Program-made: the position numbers and the translations under genes | In this document: positions 18,536-26,285 of the stretch, piece after piece | How the letters are laid out: each line of letters begins with the position of its first letter | Position numbering within the stretch: the first letter of the stretch is position 1 | The notes under the pieces: model-generated | Told to the model about the DNA's origin: nothing | Seen by the model: the letters and a program-made list of their open reading frames with translations, nothing else | Databases searched by the model: none | Origin: an uncultured Candidatus Saccharibacteria bacterium | GTDB lineage: Bacteria > Patescibacteriota > Minisyncoccia > JAHISW01 > Tagabacteraceae | NCBI GenBank assembly: GCA_964590835.1 | Contig: CAZPYD010000004.1 | Coordinates: 6,913 to 44,253 of the forward strand | Direction: 5' to 3' | DNA length: 37,341 nt

Positions 18536-18676
18536 ATGGCAAAAAGAAACACAGGGGTAGGAAAGAGAAAGAAGTCTCATTCAAAGAAGACTAAAAAGAG
18601 ACTTGCGATAAAGCGTGAAATGCTCGCCTCGCGTCGAAGCGGGTTGGCAAAAAAGGCCAACAAAAAACGCAAATAA
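18536..18676 (+). CDS. Possible 46-aa very basic small protein
   Basis: ATG-to-TAA ORF below the track cutoff: MAKRNTGVGKRKKSHSKKTKKRLAIKREMLASRRSGLAKKANKKRK. It fills an otherwise empty 218-nt gap. Confidence 0.4.
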   Translation: MAKRNTGVGKRKKSHSKKTKKRLAIKREMLASRRSGLAKKANKKRK

Positions 18677-18719
18677 GTTTATTTATAAAGGAAAATAATA
18701 GTTAAAATATATAAATTCT

Positions 18720-19523
18720 ATGAATATGGATGAAAAAATTAAAGAAATAAATTTTAAAAAATTTGTTTCTTCTGTGATTATTGGGTTGTTCGTTCTTATG
18801 ATTATTTTTAGTAGTTTTGGTACTGTTGGCGCAGGAGAACGAGGAATACTTCTTCAATTTGGAGCAGTTAAAGACAAGATCTTTGGAGAAGGGCTTTATT
18901 TCAAATTACCCCTTATTCATCAGGTTGTGAAAATGGATGTAAAGATTAAAAAGGATGAGGTTGCTGCCAGCGCATCATCTAAGGATTTACAAATAGTAAC
19001 ATCTAAAATCGCTCTTAATTATCATCTTGCTCCTGAGTCAGTAAACAAAATTTGGCAGGAAATAGGAAAGGATTATAACACTCGTATTATCGCTCCTTCT
19101 ATTCAAGAAGCAGTAAAGGCGGTAACTGCAAAATTTACTGCAGAAGAGCTTATTACAAAAAGGGAAGAGGTAAAAGAAAAAATTAAGGCAAACCTTGCAG
19201 AAAGGTTGTTGGAAAACGCTATTATAGTTGATGAGTTTAATATAATTGACTTCTATTTTTCAGAAGCATTCAACAATGCAATTGAAGCTAAAGTTACTGC
19301 CGAACAATTGAAACTTAAGGCCGAGAGAGATTTGGAAAGAATAAAAATTGAAAAAGCACAAAAAATTACTGAAGCAGAGGGTAAAGCTCAAGCTATCCGC
19401 ATCGAAGCTCAAGCCCTTAGGTCTAATCCTAAAGTGGTAGAGCTCCGCTGGATAGAGAAATGGGATGGTGAAGTTCCAACATATTGGGGCCAGGCTAGTC
19501 CATTTATAGGGCTAGATAGATAA
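18720..19523 (+). CDS. SPFH/Band 7 (prohibitin/HflC-like) membrane protein
   Basis: N-terminal TM helix, then GERGILLQFGAV...LQIVTSKIALNYHL and an A/E-rich coiled coil. Confidence 0.85.
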   Translation: MNMDEKIKEINFKKFVSSVIIGLFVLMIIFSSFGTVGAGERGILLQFGAVKDKIFGEGLYFKLPLIHQVVKMDVKIKKDEVAASASSKDLQIVTSKIALNYHLAPESVNKIWQEIGKDYNTRIIAPSIQEAVKAVTAKFTAEELITKREEVKEKIKANLAERLLENAIIVDEFNIIDFYFSEAFNNAIEAKVTAEQLKLKAERDLERIKIEKAQKITEAEGKAQAIRIEAQALRSNPKVVELRWIEKWDGEVPTYWGQASPFIGLDR

Positions 19524-19548
19524 ACATCACGTTTATTATAAATATAAC

Positions 19549-20124
19549 ATGCTTACATATACAGACTTAAAACCTGGGACAAAATTCATTCTAGAGGGCG
19601 ATCCTTATGTTGTTTTGGATTACACTTTTAAAAAGAAGCAAAGGCAAAAGCCGACCGTGCAGACAAAGATAAGAAATTTAATTTCAGGTAGTATTGTAGA
19701 AAAAGCATTTACTCAAAATGATACAATCAAGGAGGCTGACATAGAAGAAAGAGAAGTAAAGTATCTTTATACAAATCCTAAAAATAATGAACTTTGGTTT
19801 TGTGCTCCGGATAATCCGGGGGATAGATTTAATCTAGAAAAAGAGTTGGTGGGTGATGGGATTAAATTTATGAAAGAGAACTCTATTGTAAAAGCTCAAG
19901 TATTTCAAGATAAAATAATAGGGGTTGTGTTGCCTATTAAAATTGACTTGAAGGTGATAGAGGCTCCCCCTGCTGTGCGTGGGAATACTGCTCAAGGTGT
20001 GACAAAGCAAGTAAAGCTTGAAACAGGCTCAAGTATAACTGTTCCGATTTTTATAAATGAAGGAGATATAGTAAGAATAAACACAGAAAAGGATGAGTAT
20101 GTAGAGAGGGTGGAGAAGGCATAG
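19549..20124 (+). CDS. efp: Translation elongation factor P
   Basis: 191 aa with the three-domain EF-P pattern (DLKPGTKFILEGDPYVVLD..., VKLETGSSITVPIFINEGD). Confidence 0.9.
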   Translation: MLTYTDLKPGTKFILEGDPYVVLDYTFKKKQRQKPTVQTKIRNLISGSIVEKAFTQNDTIKEADIEEREVKYLYTNPKNNELWFCAPDNPGDRFNLEKELVGDGIKFMKENSIVKAQVFQDKIIGVVLPIKIDLKVIEAPPAVRGNTAQGVTKQVKLETGSSITVPIFINEGDIVRINTEKDEYVERVEKA

Positions 20125-20167
20125 AAACATTTTGGTAAATTAAAGCATTCTACAATATATAGAAGCT

Positions 20168-20308
20168 ATGCCCGGTAGTACAAATTCAATAAGCTTGGCA
20201 GAGCCAAGCAAAATAGAACAACAGTATCGGGAAAAGTATCAGAGTGTGTGCTGGATTAAAAAGAAATTATTAGATGTAAATATTGAATTTGAATACTACC
20301 GGGTATGA
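20168..20308 (+). promoter_or_regulatory. Structured leader with a 46-codon upstream ORF overlapping the sigma-factor start (ATGA)
   Basis: CCCGGTAGTACAAATTCAATA (20171-20191) pairs with TATTGAATTTGAATACTACCGGG (20281-20303), giving 21 bp with a 2-nt bulge. An inner hairpin is GCTTGGC-AGA-GCCAAGC (20193-20209). The ORF 20168-20308 ends in the ATGA overlap at 20305-20308. Confidence 0.45.
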
Positions 20309-20904
20309 AAAATAACAAATATTATTTACAGCTGGAAGATGAGATATTGGCGGAAGAAAATAGAGATTTTAAAGATGAAGAACTTGTTTTAAATTCTCTT
20401 GATAATCCGCGGCTTTTTGAGTTGTTTGTAGATAAATATAAGGATTCTTTTTTACGAACAGCAAAAAGGGTTTTAAAGAATAAAAACGAATCCGAGGATG
20501 CTGTTCAGGAAGCTTTTGTAAAAATTTATTATAATGCAAGTAAATTCCAAAAAAGACCTGGTGTGGCTTTTAAAAGTTGGGCTTTTAAAATACTTATAAA
20601 TTGTGTTTTTACAAAGTATCGTAAATTAAAGCGTTCTTTTGGAAATAGTGAATATTTGGATGAAATTTTATATACCGCTCTTGAGCCAAAAGATTCTGAT
20701 TTTAAAAAAAGAGAAAAGAAAGATGAAATAGAAAGTGTTTTGAGAAAAATGCCAGAAGAATTAAGTAGTTTAATAAAGGAGCATTATATAGAGGATAAGC
20801 CTTATGTTGAGATTTCTTCTGCTAGACAAATGAGTATTCCTGCTTTAAAAATGAAACTTTTTAGGGCTAGAAAGAAGTTTAAAGAAGTAATGAGCAACAT
20901 GTAG
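20305..20904 (+). CDS. ECF-type sigma-70 family RNA polymerase sigma factor
   Basis: Region 2 (SEDAVQEAFVKIY...FKSWAFKILIN) and region 4 (PEELSSLIKEHYIEDKPYVEISSARQMSIPALKMKLFRARKKF). Confidence 0.85.
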   Translation: MKNNKYYLQLEDEILAEENRDFKDEELVLNSLDNPRLFELFVDKYKDSFLRTAKRVLKNKNESEDAVQEAFVKIYYNASKFQKRPGVAFKSWAFKILINCVFTKYRKLKRSFGNSEYLDEILYTALEPKDSDFKKREKKDEIESVLRKMPEELSSLIKEHYIEDKPYVEISSARQMSIPALKMKLFRARKKFKEVMSNM

Positions 20905-21000
20905 CACACAACACGAAACATATAACATTAAAAAATTTTTAAAGAAAATTTTTTGTTAAATTTAAATAATTAAAATGTTTCAAGTTTCAAGTTTCAGGTT
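20905..21000. repeat. AT-rich intergenic hairpin and word repeat (GTTTCAA x3)
   Basis: GAAACAT (20914-20920) pairs with ATGTTTC (20985-20991) around an A/T-rich imperfect palindrome. GTTTCAAGTTTCAAGTTTCAGG precedes the next ATG. Confidence 0.45.
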
Positions 21001-21002
21001 TT

Positions 21003-21344
21003 ATGAAAAACAATGAATTAAAAAAGAGAATAATGAAGCGGATATATGCGATTTGGTTTTTTAAAAAGGTGGCTCCTGCGGTTTTTTTGTATATGCCATT
21101 TTTGCTTTTTGTTGCAATGCGAGAGACTGCAAATGAGTTTTTTGTAATGAAGATTATTGATAATTTTTTGCTTACCGCTCATAGTAGTGGATTTTTGGGT
21201 GTTGTAAATCTTATGTATTCTGCGATTTTAAATACTGCTATTTTACCTTCTTTGATTATTCTGGTTTCTTTGGGGGTGTTTACGATTTTATTTAGAAGGT
21301 TGATTAGAAATTTAAAGGATATAAGTTTAGTAAAGAGTTTTTAA
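21003..21344 (+). CDS. Small polytopic membrane protein downstream of the ECF sigma (possible anti-sigma, unproven)
   Basis: 113 aa with a basic N-terminus followed by about 3 hydrophobic segments. The anti-sigma idea rests on position only. Confidence 0.5.
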   Translation: MKNNELKKRIMKRIYAIWFFKKVAPAVFLYMPFLLFVAMRETANEFFVMKIIDNFLLTAHSSGFLGVVNLMYSAILNTAILPSLIILVSLGVFTILFRRLIRNLKDISLVKSF

Positions 21345-21391
21345 ATAATTAAAACTTAATTCTTTTCAAAAATCCCACACTGGCGGGCCTG

Positions 21392-21417
21392 CCTGCCGAT
21401 AGGCAGGGTTCGTTTTT
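21392..21417 (+). terminator. Weak terminator built from a degenerate CCTGCC/GGCAGG palindrome
   Basis: CCTGCC-GATA-GGCAGG followed by GTTCGTTTTT. Confidence 0.35.
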
Positions 21418-21436
21418 CGTGGTATTATGAGGTGCA

Positions 21437-23842
21437 ATGAAGGAGTATAATCATAAAAAAATAGAAAAAAAGTGGCAGGATAAATGGGAGAAAGAAAATT
21501 TTTATCAGGCTGAAGATTTTTCCGATAAACCTAAAAAATATATTTTAGTAGAATTTCCATACCCTTCTGGTGACGGTCTTCATGTGGGTCATGCTCGAAG
21601 TTACACTGCACTTGATGTTATGTCTCGTAAGATGCATATGCAGGGTGACAATGTTTTGTATCCAATCGGTTGGGATGCTTTTGGACTTCCTGCTGAAAAT
21701 TTTGCTATTAAAAAGGGTATACACCCAAGTATTGCTGTGGAAAAAAATATTGCTAATTTTAAAAGGCAGTTAAAATCGCTGGGTGTTTCTTTTGATTGGT
21801 CTCGTGAAATAAACACTACTGATCCAAAATATTATAAATGGACTCAGTGGATATTTTTGAAGTTCTTGGGAAAAGGCTTGGCATATCAAAAAGAAATGCC
21901 GATAAATTGGTGTCCAAGCTGTAAGATAGGTTTGGCTAACGAAGAGGTGATAGACGGCAAATGCGAAAGATGTGGCCATGAGACAGAAAAAAGAAAAATA
22001 AAACAATGGATGTTAAAGATTACTGAGTATGCAGATAAGCTGCTTGAAGATTTAAATAAAGTTGATTATTTGGATAAAATAAAAATTCAGCAAGAAAATT
22101 GGATAGGCAGGTCTGAAGGTGCTGAAGTTGATTTTGAGATTGCAGGTGAAAAGGTAACAGTCTTTACTACAAGGCCGGACACTTTGTTTGGTTGTACTTA
22201 TATGGTTTTGTCGCCGGAACATGATTTAATTAAGAAATTAAAAGATAAAATCGAAAATATAAAAGAAGTAGAAGAACATATTGATGAAGCAAGAAAGAAA
22301 ACAGAGATTGAACGCTCAGCAGAAGATAAAGAAAAAACAGGGATTAAATTGGAAGGTGTGATGGCTGTAAATCCGGCAAATAACAAAGAAATACCTGTTT
22401 TTATTGCTGATTATGTTTTGGTGGATTATGGAACAGGTGCGATTATGGCTGTGCCAGCGCATGATAAAAGAGACTTTGAGTTTGCTAAAAAATATGGATT
22501 GGATATTGTTGAAGTAATTAGCGGAGGCGAACCCCAAAAAGAAGCTTATTCTGGAGAAGGTTTAAATGTTAATTCTGATTTTCTTGATGGGCTTGAGACA
22601 AATGAAGCAAAAGAGAAAATTATTAAATGGCTTCAAGAAAAAAATATTGGCAAGAAAGCTGTAAATTATAAATTACGTGATTGGATTTTTTCTAGACAGC
22701 ATTATTGGGGTGAACCTATTCCGGTTATTCATTGTGACAAGTGTGGCATCGTACCAGTTAAAGAAAAAGATCTGCCGGTAGAACTTCCTTATGTAGAAAA
22801 GTATGAACCAACCGAAACAGGCGAATCACCTCTGGCTGCTATGGAAGATTGGGTAAATACTAAATGTCCGAAGTGTGGCAGCGATGCCAAAAGAGAAACA
22901 GATACTATGCCTAACTGGGCAGGGTCTTCTTGGTATTTCTTGAGATATATAGACCCACAAAACAATGAAAAATTTGTTGACGAAGAAAAATTAAAATATT
23001 GGTTACCGGTAGATTTGTATAATGGTGGAATGGAGCATACTACCTTGCATCTTCTTTATTCTCGTTTTTGGCATAAGTTTTTATATGACCAAGGTCTTGT
23101 ACCCACAAGCGAGCCTTATGCCTCAAGGAGGTCTCATGGAATGATTTTGGCGGAAGATGGTAAGAAGATGTCTAAGAGTTTGGGTAATGTGATAAACCCC
23201 GATGAAATAGTGGAAAAAGTTGGTGCAGATACACTTAGGGTGTATGAGATGTTTATGGGTCCTTTTAATCAGGCAATTGGTTGGAATACAGATAGTGTTA
23301 TTGGTGTACATAGGTTTTTAAAAAGAGTTTGGATTTTGAAAGATAAGGTTAATGAGAATGTTGAAGAAAACAAAGAAGTTGAAAAAGTTTTACATCAAAG
23401 CATAAAGAAAGTTACTGAGGATATAGATAACATGAAATTTAATACTGCAGTTGCTCAGCTAATGATTTTAGTTAATGAGCTTGAAAAACAAGACGAGATA
23501 TCAATAGGTGTTTATAAGAAGTTTATTGTTTTGTTGACGCCTTTTGCTCCGCACATCACAGAAGAGCTGTGGGTGGGCTTGCCTGGAAATAAGGAGGCTG
23601 AATCTATTTTTAAGCAGCCGTGGCCTGAGTATGATGATTCTAAAATAGAAGAAGGTAGTTTTGAGTTGGTTATACAAATAAACGGCAAGTTTAAAGGTGG
23701 AATGGTTATGAATAAAGATATGAATCAAGATGATACAAAAAGGGAGGTTTTAGAAAATGACAGGTTTAAGAAGTACTTTGAAGATAAAGAGATAAAAAAG
23801 ATAATTTTTGTTAAAAATAAGCTAATTAATTTTGTTTTGTAA
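21437..23842 (+). CDS. leuS: Leucine--tRNA ligase
   Basis: 801 aa with a HIGH-type motif (GLHVGHARSY), KMSKS (KMSKSLGN), an editing-domain insertion and zinc knuckles (CPSC, CERC, CDKC, CPKC). Confidence 0.96.
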   Translation: MKEYNHKKIEKKWQDKWEKENFYQAEDFSDKPKKYILVEFPYPSGDGLHVGHARSYTALDVMSRKMHMQGDNVLYPIGWDAFGLPAENFAIKKGIHPSIAVEKNIANFKRQLKSLGVSFDWSREINTTDPKYYKWTQWIFLKFLGKGLAYQKEMPINWCPSCKIGLANEEVIDGKCERCGHETEKRKIKQWMLKITEYADKLLEDLNKVDYLDKIKIQQENWIGRSEGAEVDFEIAGEKVTVFTTRPDTLFGCTYMVLSPEHDLIKKLKDKIENIKEVEEHIDEARKKTEIERSAEDKEKTGIKLEGVMAVNPANNKEIPVFIADYVLVDYGTGAIMAVPAHDKRDFEFAKKYGLDIVEVISGGEPQKEAYSGEGLNVNSDFLDGLETNEAKEKIIKWLQEKNIGKKAVNYKLRDWIFSRQHYWGEPIPVIHCDKCGIVPVKEKDLPVELPYVEKYEPTETGESPLAAMEDWVNTKCPKCGSDAKRETDTMPNWAGSSWYFLRYIDPQNNEKFVDEEKLKYWLPVDLYNGGMEHTTLHLLYSRFWHKFLYDQGLVPTSEPYASRRSHGMILAEDGKKMSKSLGNVINPDEIVEKVGADTLRVYEMFMGPFNQAIGWNTDSVIGVHRFLKRVWILKDKVNENVEENKEVEKVLHQSIKKVTEDIDNMKFNTAVAQLMILVNELEKQDEISIGVYKKFIVLLTPFAPHITEELWVGLPGNKEAESIFKQPWPEYDDSKIEEGSFELVIQINGKFKGGMVMNKDMNQDDTKREVLENDRFKKYFEDKEIKKIIFVKNKLINFVL

Positions 23843-23868
23843 AAAATTTCAAACTTTACTATAGGGTG

Positions 23869-23897
23869 TTGACTTTGTTTTGCCGTTGTGTTATCTT
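23869..23897 (+). promoter_or_regulatory. Candidate sigma-70-type promoter for the 24035-28154 gene set
   Basis: TTGACT (23869-23874), a 17-nt spacer, then TATCTT (23892-23897). Sequence match only. Confidence 0.35.
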
Positions 23898-24034
23898 ATA
23901 AAAATATTAATCCAAATAGAGATTTAAGTTTTATTTAAACCTTTTGGGATTATTAAAGAGATAAAGACATAGCCATATAATTTTATTATAAACAATTAAA
24001 TGGAAACAAATGTTTCTTGTCTCTAATAAGTATA

Positions 24035-25060
24035 ATGAATAATATAAGTTTTAACCCAAATTTAATAACAAAGAAAATGCTTAACACCTTGGATGAAAGA
24101 CCAAGGGCAGTTTTGGTTTATCGTTTTGGTTTAGACTCTTCTAAGCCAAGAACATTAGAGTCTATTGGTAGAGAGTATGGTGTTACAAGGGAAAGAGTTA
24201 GACAGATTGAAGCTTTTGCTTTAAATAAAATTCGTCAATCAGATGAGTTTTTGAATACAGAAGATGTTTTTACTGAAATTAAAGATGTTATAGATTCTAA
24301 AGGTGGAATCGTGAATGAAGAAGACTTTTTAGAAAACAAGGTTAAAACCAAAGATCAAAGATCACATCTGTTGTTTTTGCTTGTTTTAAGTGACTTATTT
24401 CAAAAAATGAAGGAGGATACCTCTTTTCATTGTTCATGGGTGACTGATACAGAAAAAGCTCAAAAAACAAAACAAGCTGTAGAATTATTGCATAAAGAAA
24501 TAAATCGCGATAATTTATTTTCAAAGAAAGAAGTTTTGTCTATTTTGTCTGGTCATTTAGAAAAAATTACTCAAGAAAAAATAAAAGGAGATGTGTTGAG
24601 TTCTTTACTTAAAATTTCTAGCGTAGTTAAGCCTAATGAGTTGGGGGAATGGGGTGTTGCTTCTTCTCCTTATGTAAATCCTAGAGGTATGCGTGATTAT
24701 GCATTTTTGGTAATGAGAAGACATGGTTCTCCTATGCATTTTACAGAAACAGCAAGCGCCATAAAAGAACTTTTCAACAGAAAAGCTCACATGCAAACAG
24801 TTCACAACGAGTTAATAAAAGATAATCGTTTCGTTTTGGTTGGACGTGGTTTGTATGCTTTGAAAGATTGGGGCTACGAAGGTGGGGTAGTAAGAAATGT
24901 TATTGAAAAGATATTGACTCAGAATAATTATTTACCTAAAGAAGAAATTATTAAAAGAGTTTTGAAAGAGAGATATATAAAAGAAAATACTATCTTAGTA
25001 AATTTGCAAAACAAAAAATATTTCAAAAGAGATAATCAGGGTCGTTATACCCTTGTGTAA
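24035..25060 (+). CDS. Sigma-70 region-4 HTH protein with a C-terminal HARE-HTH (RNAP delta-subunit-like) domain
   Basis: N-terminus [49 protein letters not shown] matches sigma region 4. C-terminus [28 protein letters not shown]...[19 protein letters not shown] matches the HARE-HTH pattern. I prefer the ATG at 24035 over the TTG at 24017. Confidence 0.7.
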   Translation: MNNISFNPNLITKKMLNTLDERPRAVLVYRFGLDSSKPRTLESIGREYGVTRERVRQIEAFALNKIRQSDEFLNTEDVFTEIKDVIDSKGGIVNEEDFLENKVKTKDQRSHLLFLLVLSDLFQKMKEDTSFHCSWVTDTEKAQKTKQAVELLHKEINRDNLFSKKEVLSILSGHLEKITQEKIKGDVLSSLLKISSVVKPNELGEWGVASSPYVNPRGMRDYAFLVMRRHGSPMHFTETASAIKELFNRKAHMQTVHNELIKDNRFVLVGRGLYALKDWGYEGGVVRNVIEKILTQNNYLPKEEIIKRVLKERYIKENTILVNLQNKKYFKRDNQGRYTLV

Positions 25061-25111
25061 AACTATAGAATTTAATTTTTCTTTTTTCTAAAAAAACGCT
25101 AAAATAAAATA

Positions 25112-26272
25112 GTGGAGTTAATTTCATATATCTTAAATGATCCGCTTATTCAAGGAGTTTTTATGTGGGCTAGTCGCCTATGGTTTTTGTGGTTGCCTTT
25201 GTTTTTGGGGTTTGCTTTTGTAAACCTTTGGTCAACCCAAAAAAAACTATCTTTTTTTAGAGATATGGAATGGGTTCTTTTGGAGATTAAAATTCCAAAG
25301 GAAATTTTTAAAAGCCCTAAGGCAATAGAGGCAATTTTAAATTCTATTTATTCGCCTTCTTCAGATGGTCCTTGGTATAAAGGTAATCTAGCATCTTGGT
25401 ATAGCTTAGAGATTGTTGGTATAAATGGTGGTATTCATTTTTTTATACGCACCCCTAAGGGTTCTCGTAATTTTATAGAATCTTTGATTTATGCTCAGTA
25501 CCCAAGCGCTGAGGTTGTTGAGGCTGTTGATTATGTATATGCTTCTAATTTTGAAGATTTAGATGAGTGGAGCTTGTGGGGGACTGAATTTGGTTTAGTG
25601 AAAGAGGACGCTTATCCTATAAAAACTTATGTTGATTTTGGACTTGAGGGAGGAAAAGAAGAGCAAAAAATAGATCCAATAGTTTCTTTTTTGGAGTTTT
25701 TGGGTTCTTTAAAGCGTGGTGAGCAGGTTTGGTTTCAGATAATGATAAGAGGTACTGGTAATGATTGGGTAAAGGAAGGTAAAGAGGTTGTTGAGAAGCT
25801 ACTGGGAAGAGACAAGCCCCCTGAAGAAGCAAAACAACTTTCAAAAAGAGAAAAGGAGGTGGCCGCTGCTGTTGAAAAAAGTTTTATTAAGTATGGTTTT
25901 CAGACAGGAGTTAGAACTATTTATATTGCTCAAAGAGATATTTTTAATAAGGCAAACGTTGGGGCTATAATGGGTTCTATGAATCAATACAATACGGTGG
26001 ATCTGAATGGTTTTAAGTCAATTTGGAAATTGGACCCTGCGCCTTTTAAATTTTTTATGAAAGATAAAAGAGAGGCTGTAAGAAAAGAAATAATCTTAGA
26101 TGCTTATCGTAAACGATGTTATTTTTCTATTCCTCATCACAGAAAGCCTTTTATTTTAAATACTGAGGAATTGGCTACTATTTATCACTATCCAGGTACT
26201 GTTGCCGAAACTCCAACTTTTGAAAGAATTGGTGCAAAGAAGGGTGAGCCGCCTTCAACTTTACCTATTTAA
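25112..26272 (+). CDS. Membrane-anchored protein of unknown family, upstream partner of the TraD-like ATPase
   Basis: GTG start at 25112 (alternative ATG at 25163). Hydrophobic N-terminal segment WASRLWFLWLPLFLGFAFVNLW, then LLEIKIPKEIFKSPKAIEAILNSIY... and a C-terminal LNTEELATIYHYPG block. It ends 13 nt before the next gene. Confidence 0.65.
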   Translation: MELISYILNDPLIQGVFMWASRLWFLWLPLFLGFAFVNLWSTQKKLSFFRDMEWVLLEIKIPKEIFKSPKAIEAILNSIYSPSSDGPWYKGNLASWYSLEIVGINGGIHFFIRTPKGSRNFIESLIYAQYPSAEVVEAVDYVYASNFEDLDEWSLWGTEFGLVKEDAYPIKTYVDFGLEGGKEEQKIDPIVSFLEFLGSLKRGEQVWFQIMIRGTGNDWVKEGKEVVEKLLGRDKPPEEAKQLSKREKEVAAAVEKSFIKYGFQTGVRTIYIAQRDIFNKANVGAIMGSMNQYNTVDLNGFKSIWKLDPAPFKFFMKDKREAVRKEIILDAYRKRCYFSIPHHRKPFILNTEELATIYHYPGTVAETPTFERIGAKKGEPPSTLPI

Positions 26273-26285
26273 TATCAATAAAATA

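Noticed and set aside
21345-21436. T-box or other riboswitch leader upstream of leuS
   Set aside because: The gap is only about 90 nt and holds one short hairpin. That is too short for a T-box, and no specifier or T-box sequence is present.
26202-26285. Longer N-terminal extension of the TraD-like ATPase
   Set aside because: It would overlap the upstream gene by 71 nt and adds a non-homologous peptide. The ATG at 26286 (MDKNRITYFAKTNFR) gives a 13-nt gap and a typical N-terminus.
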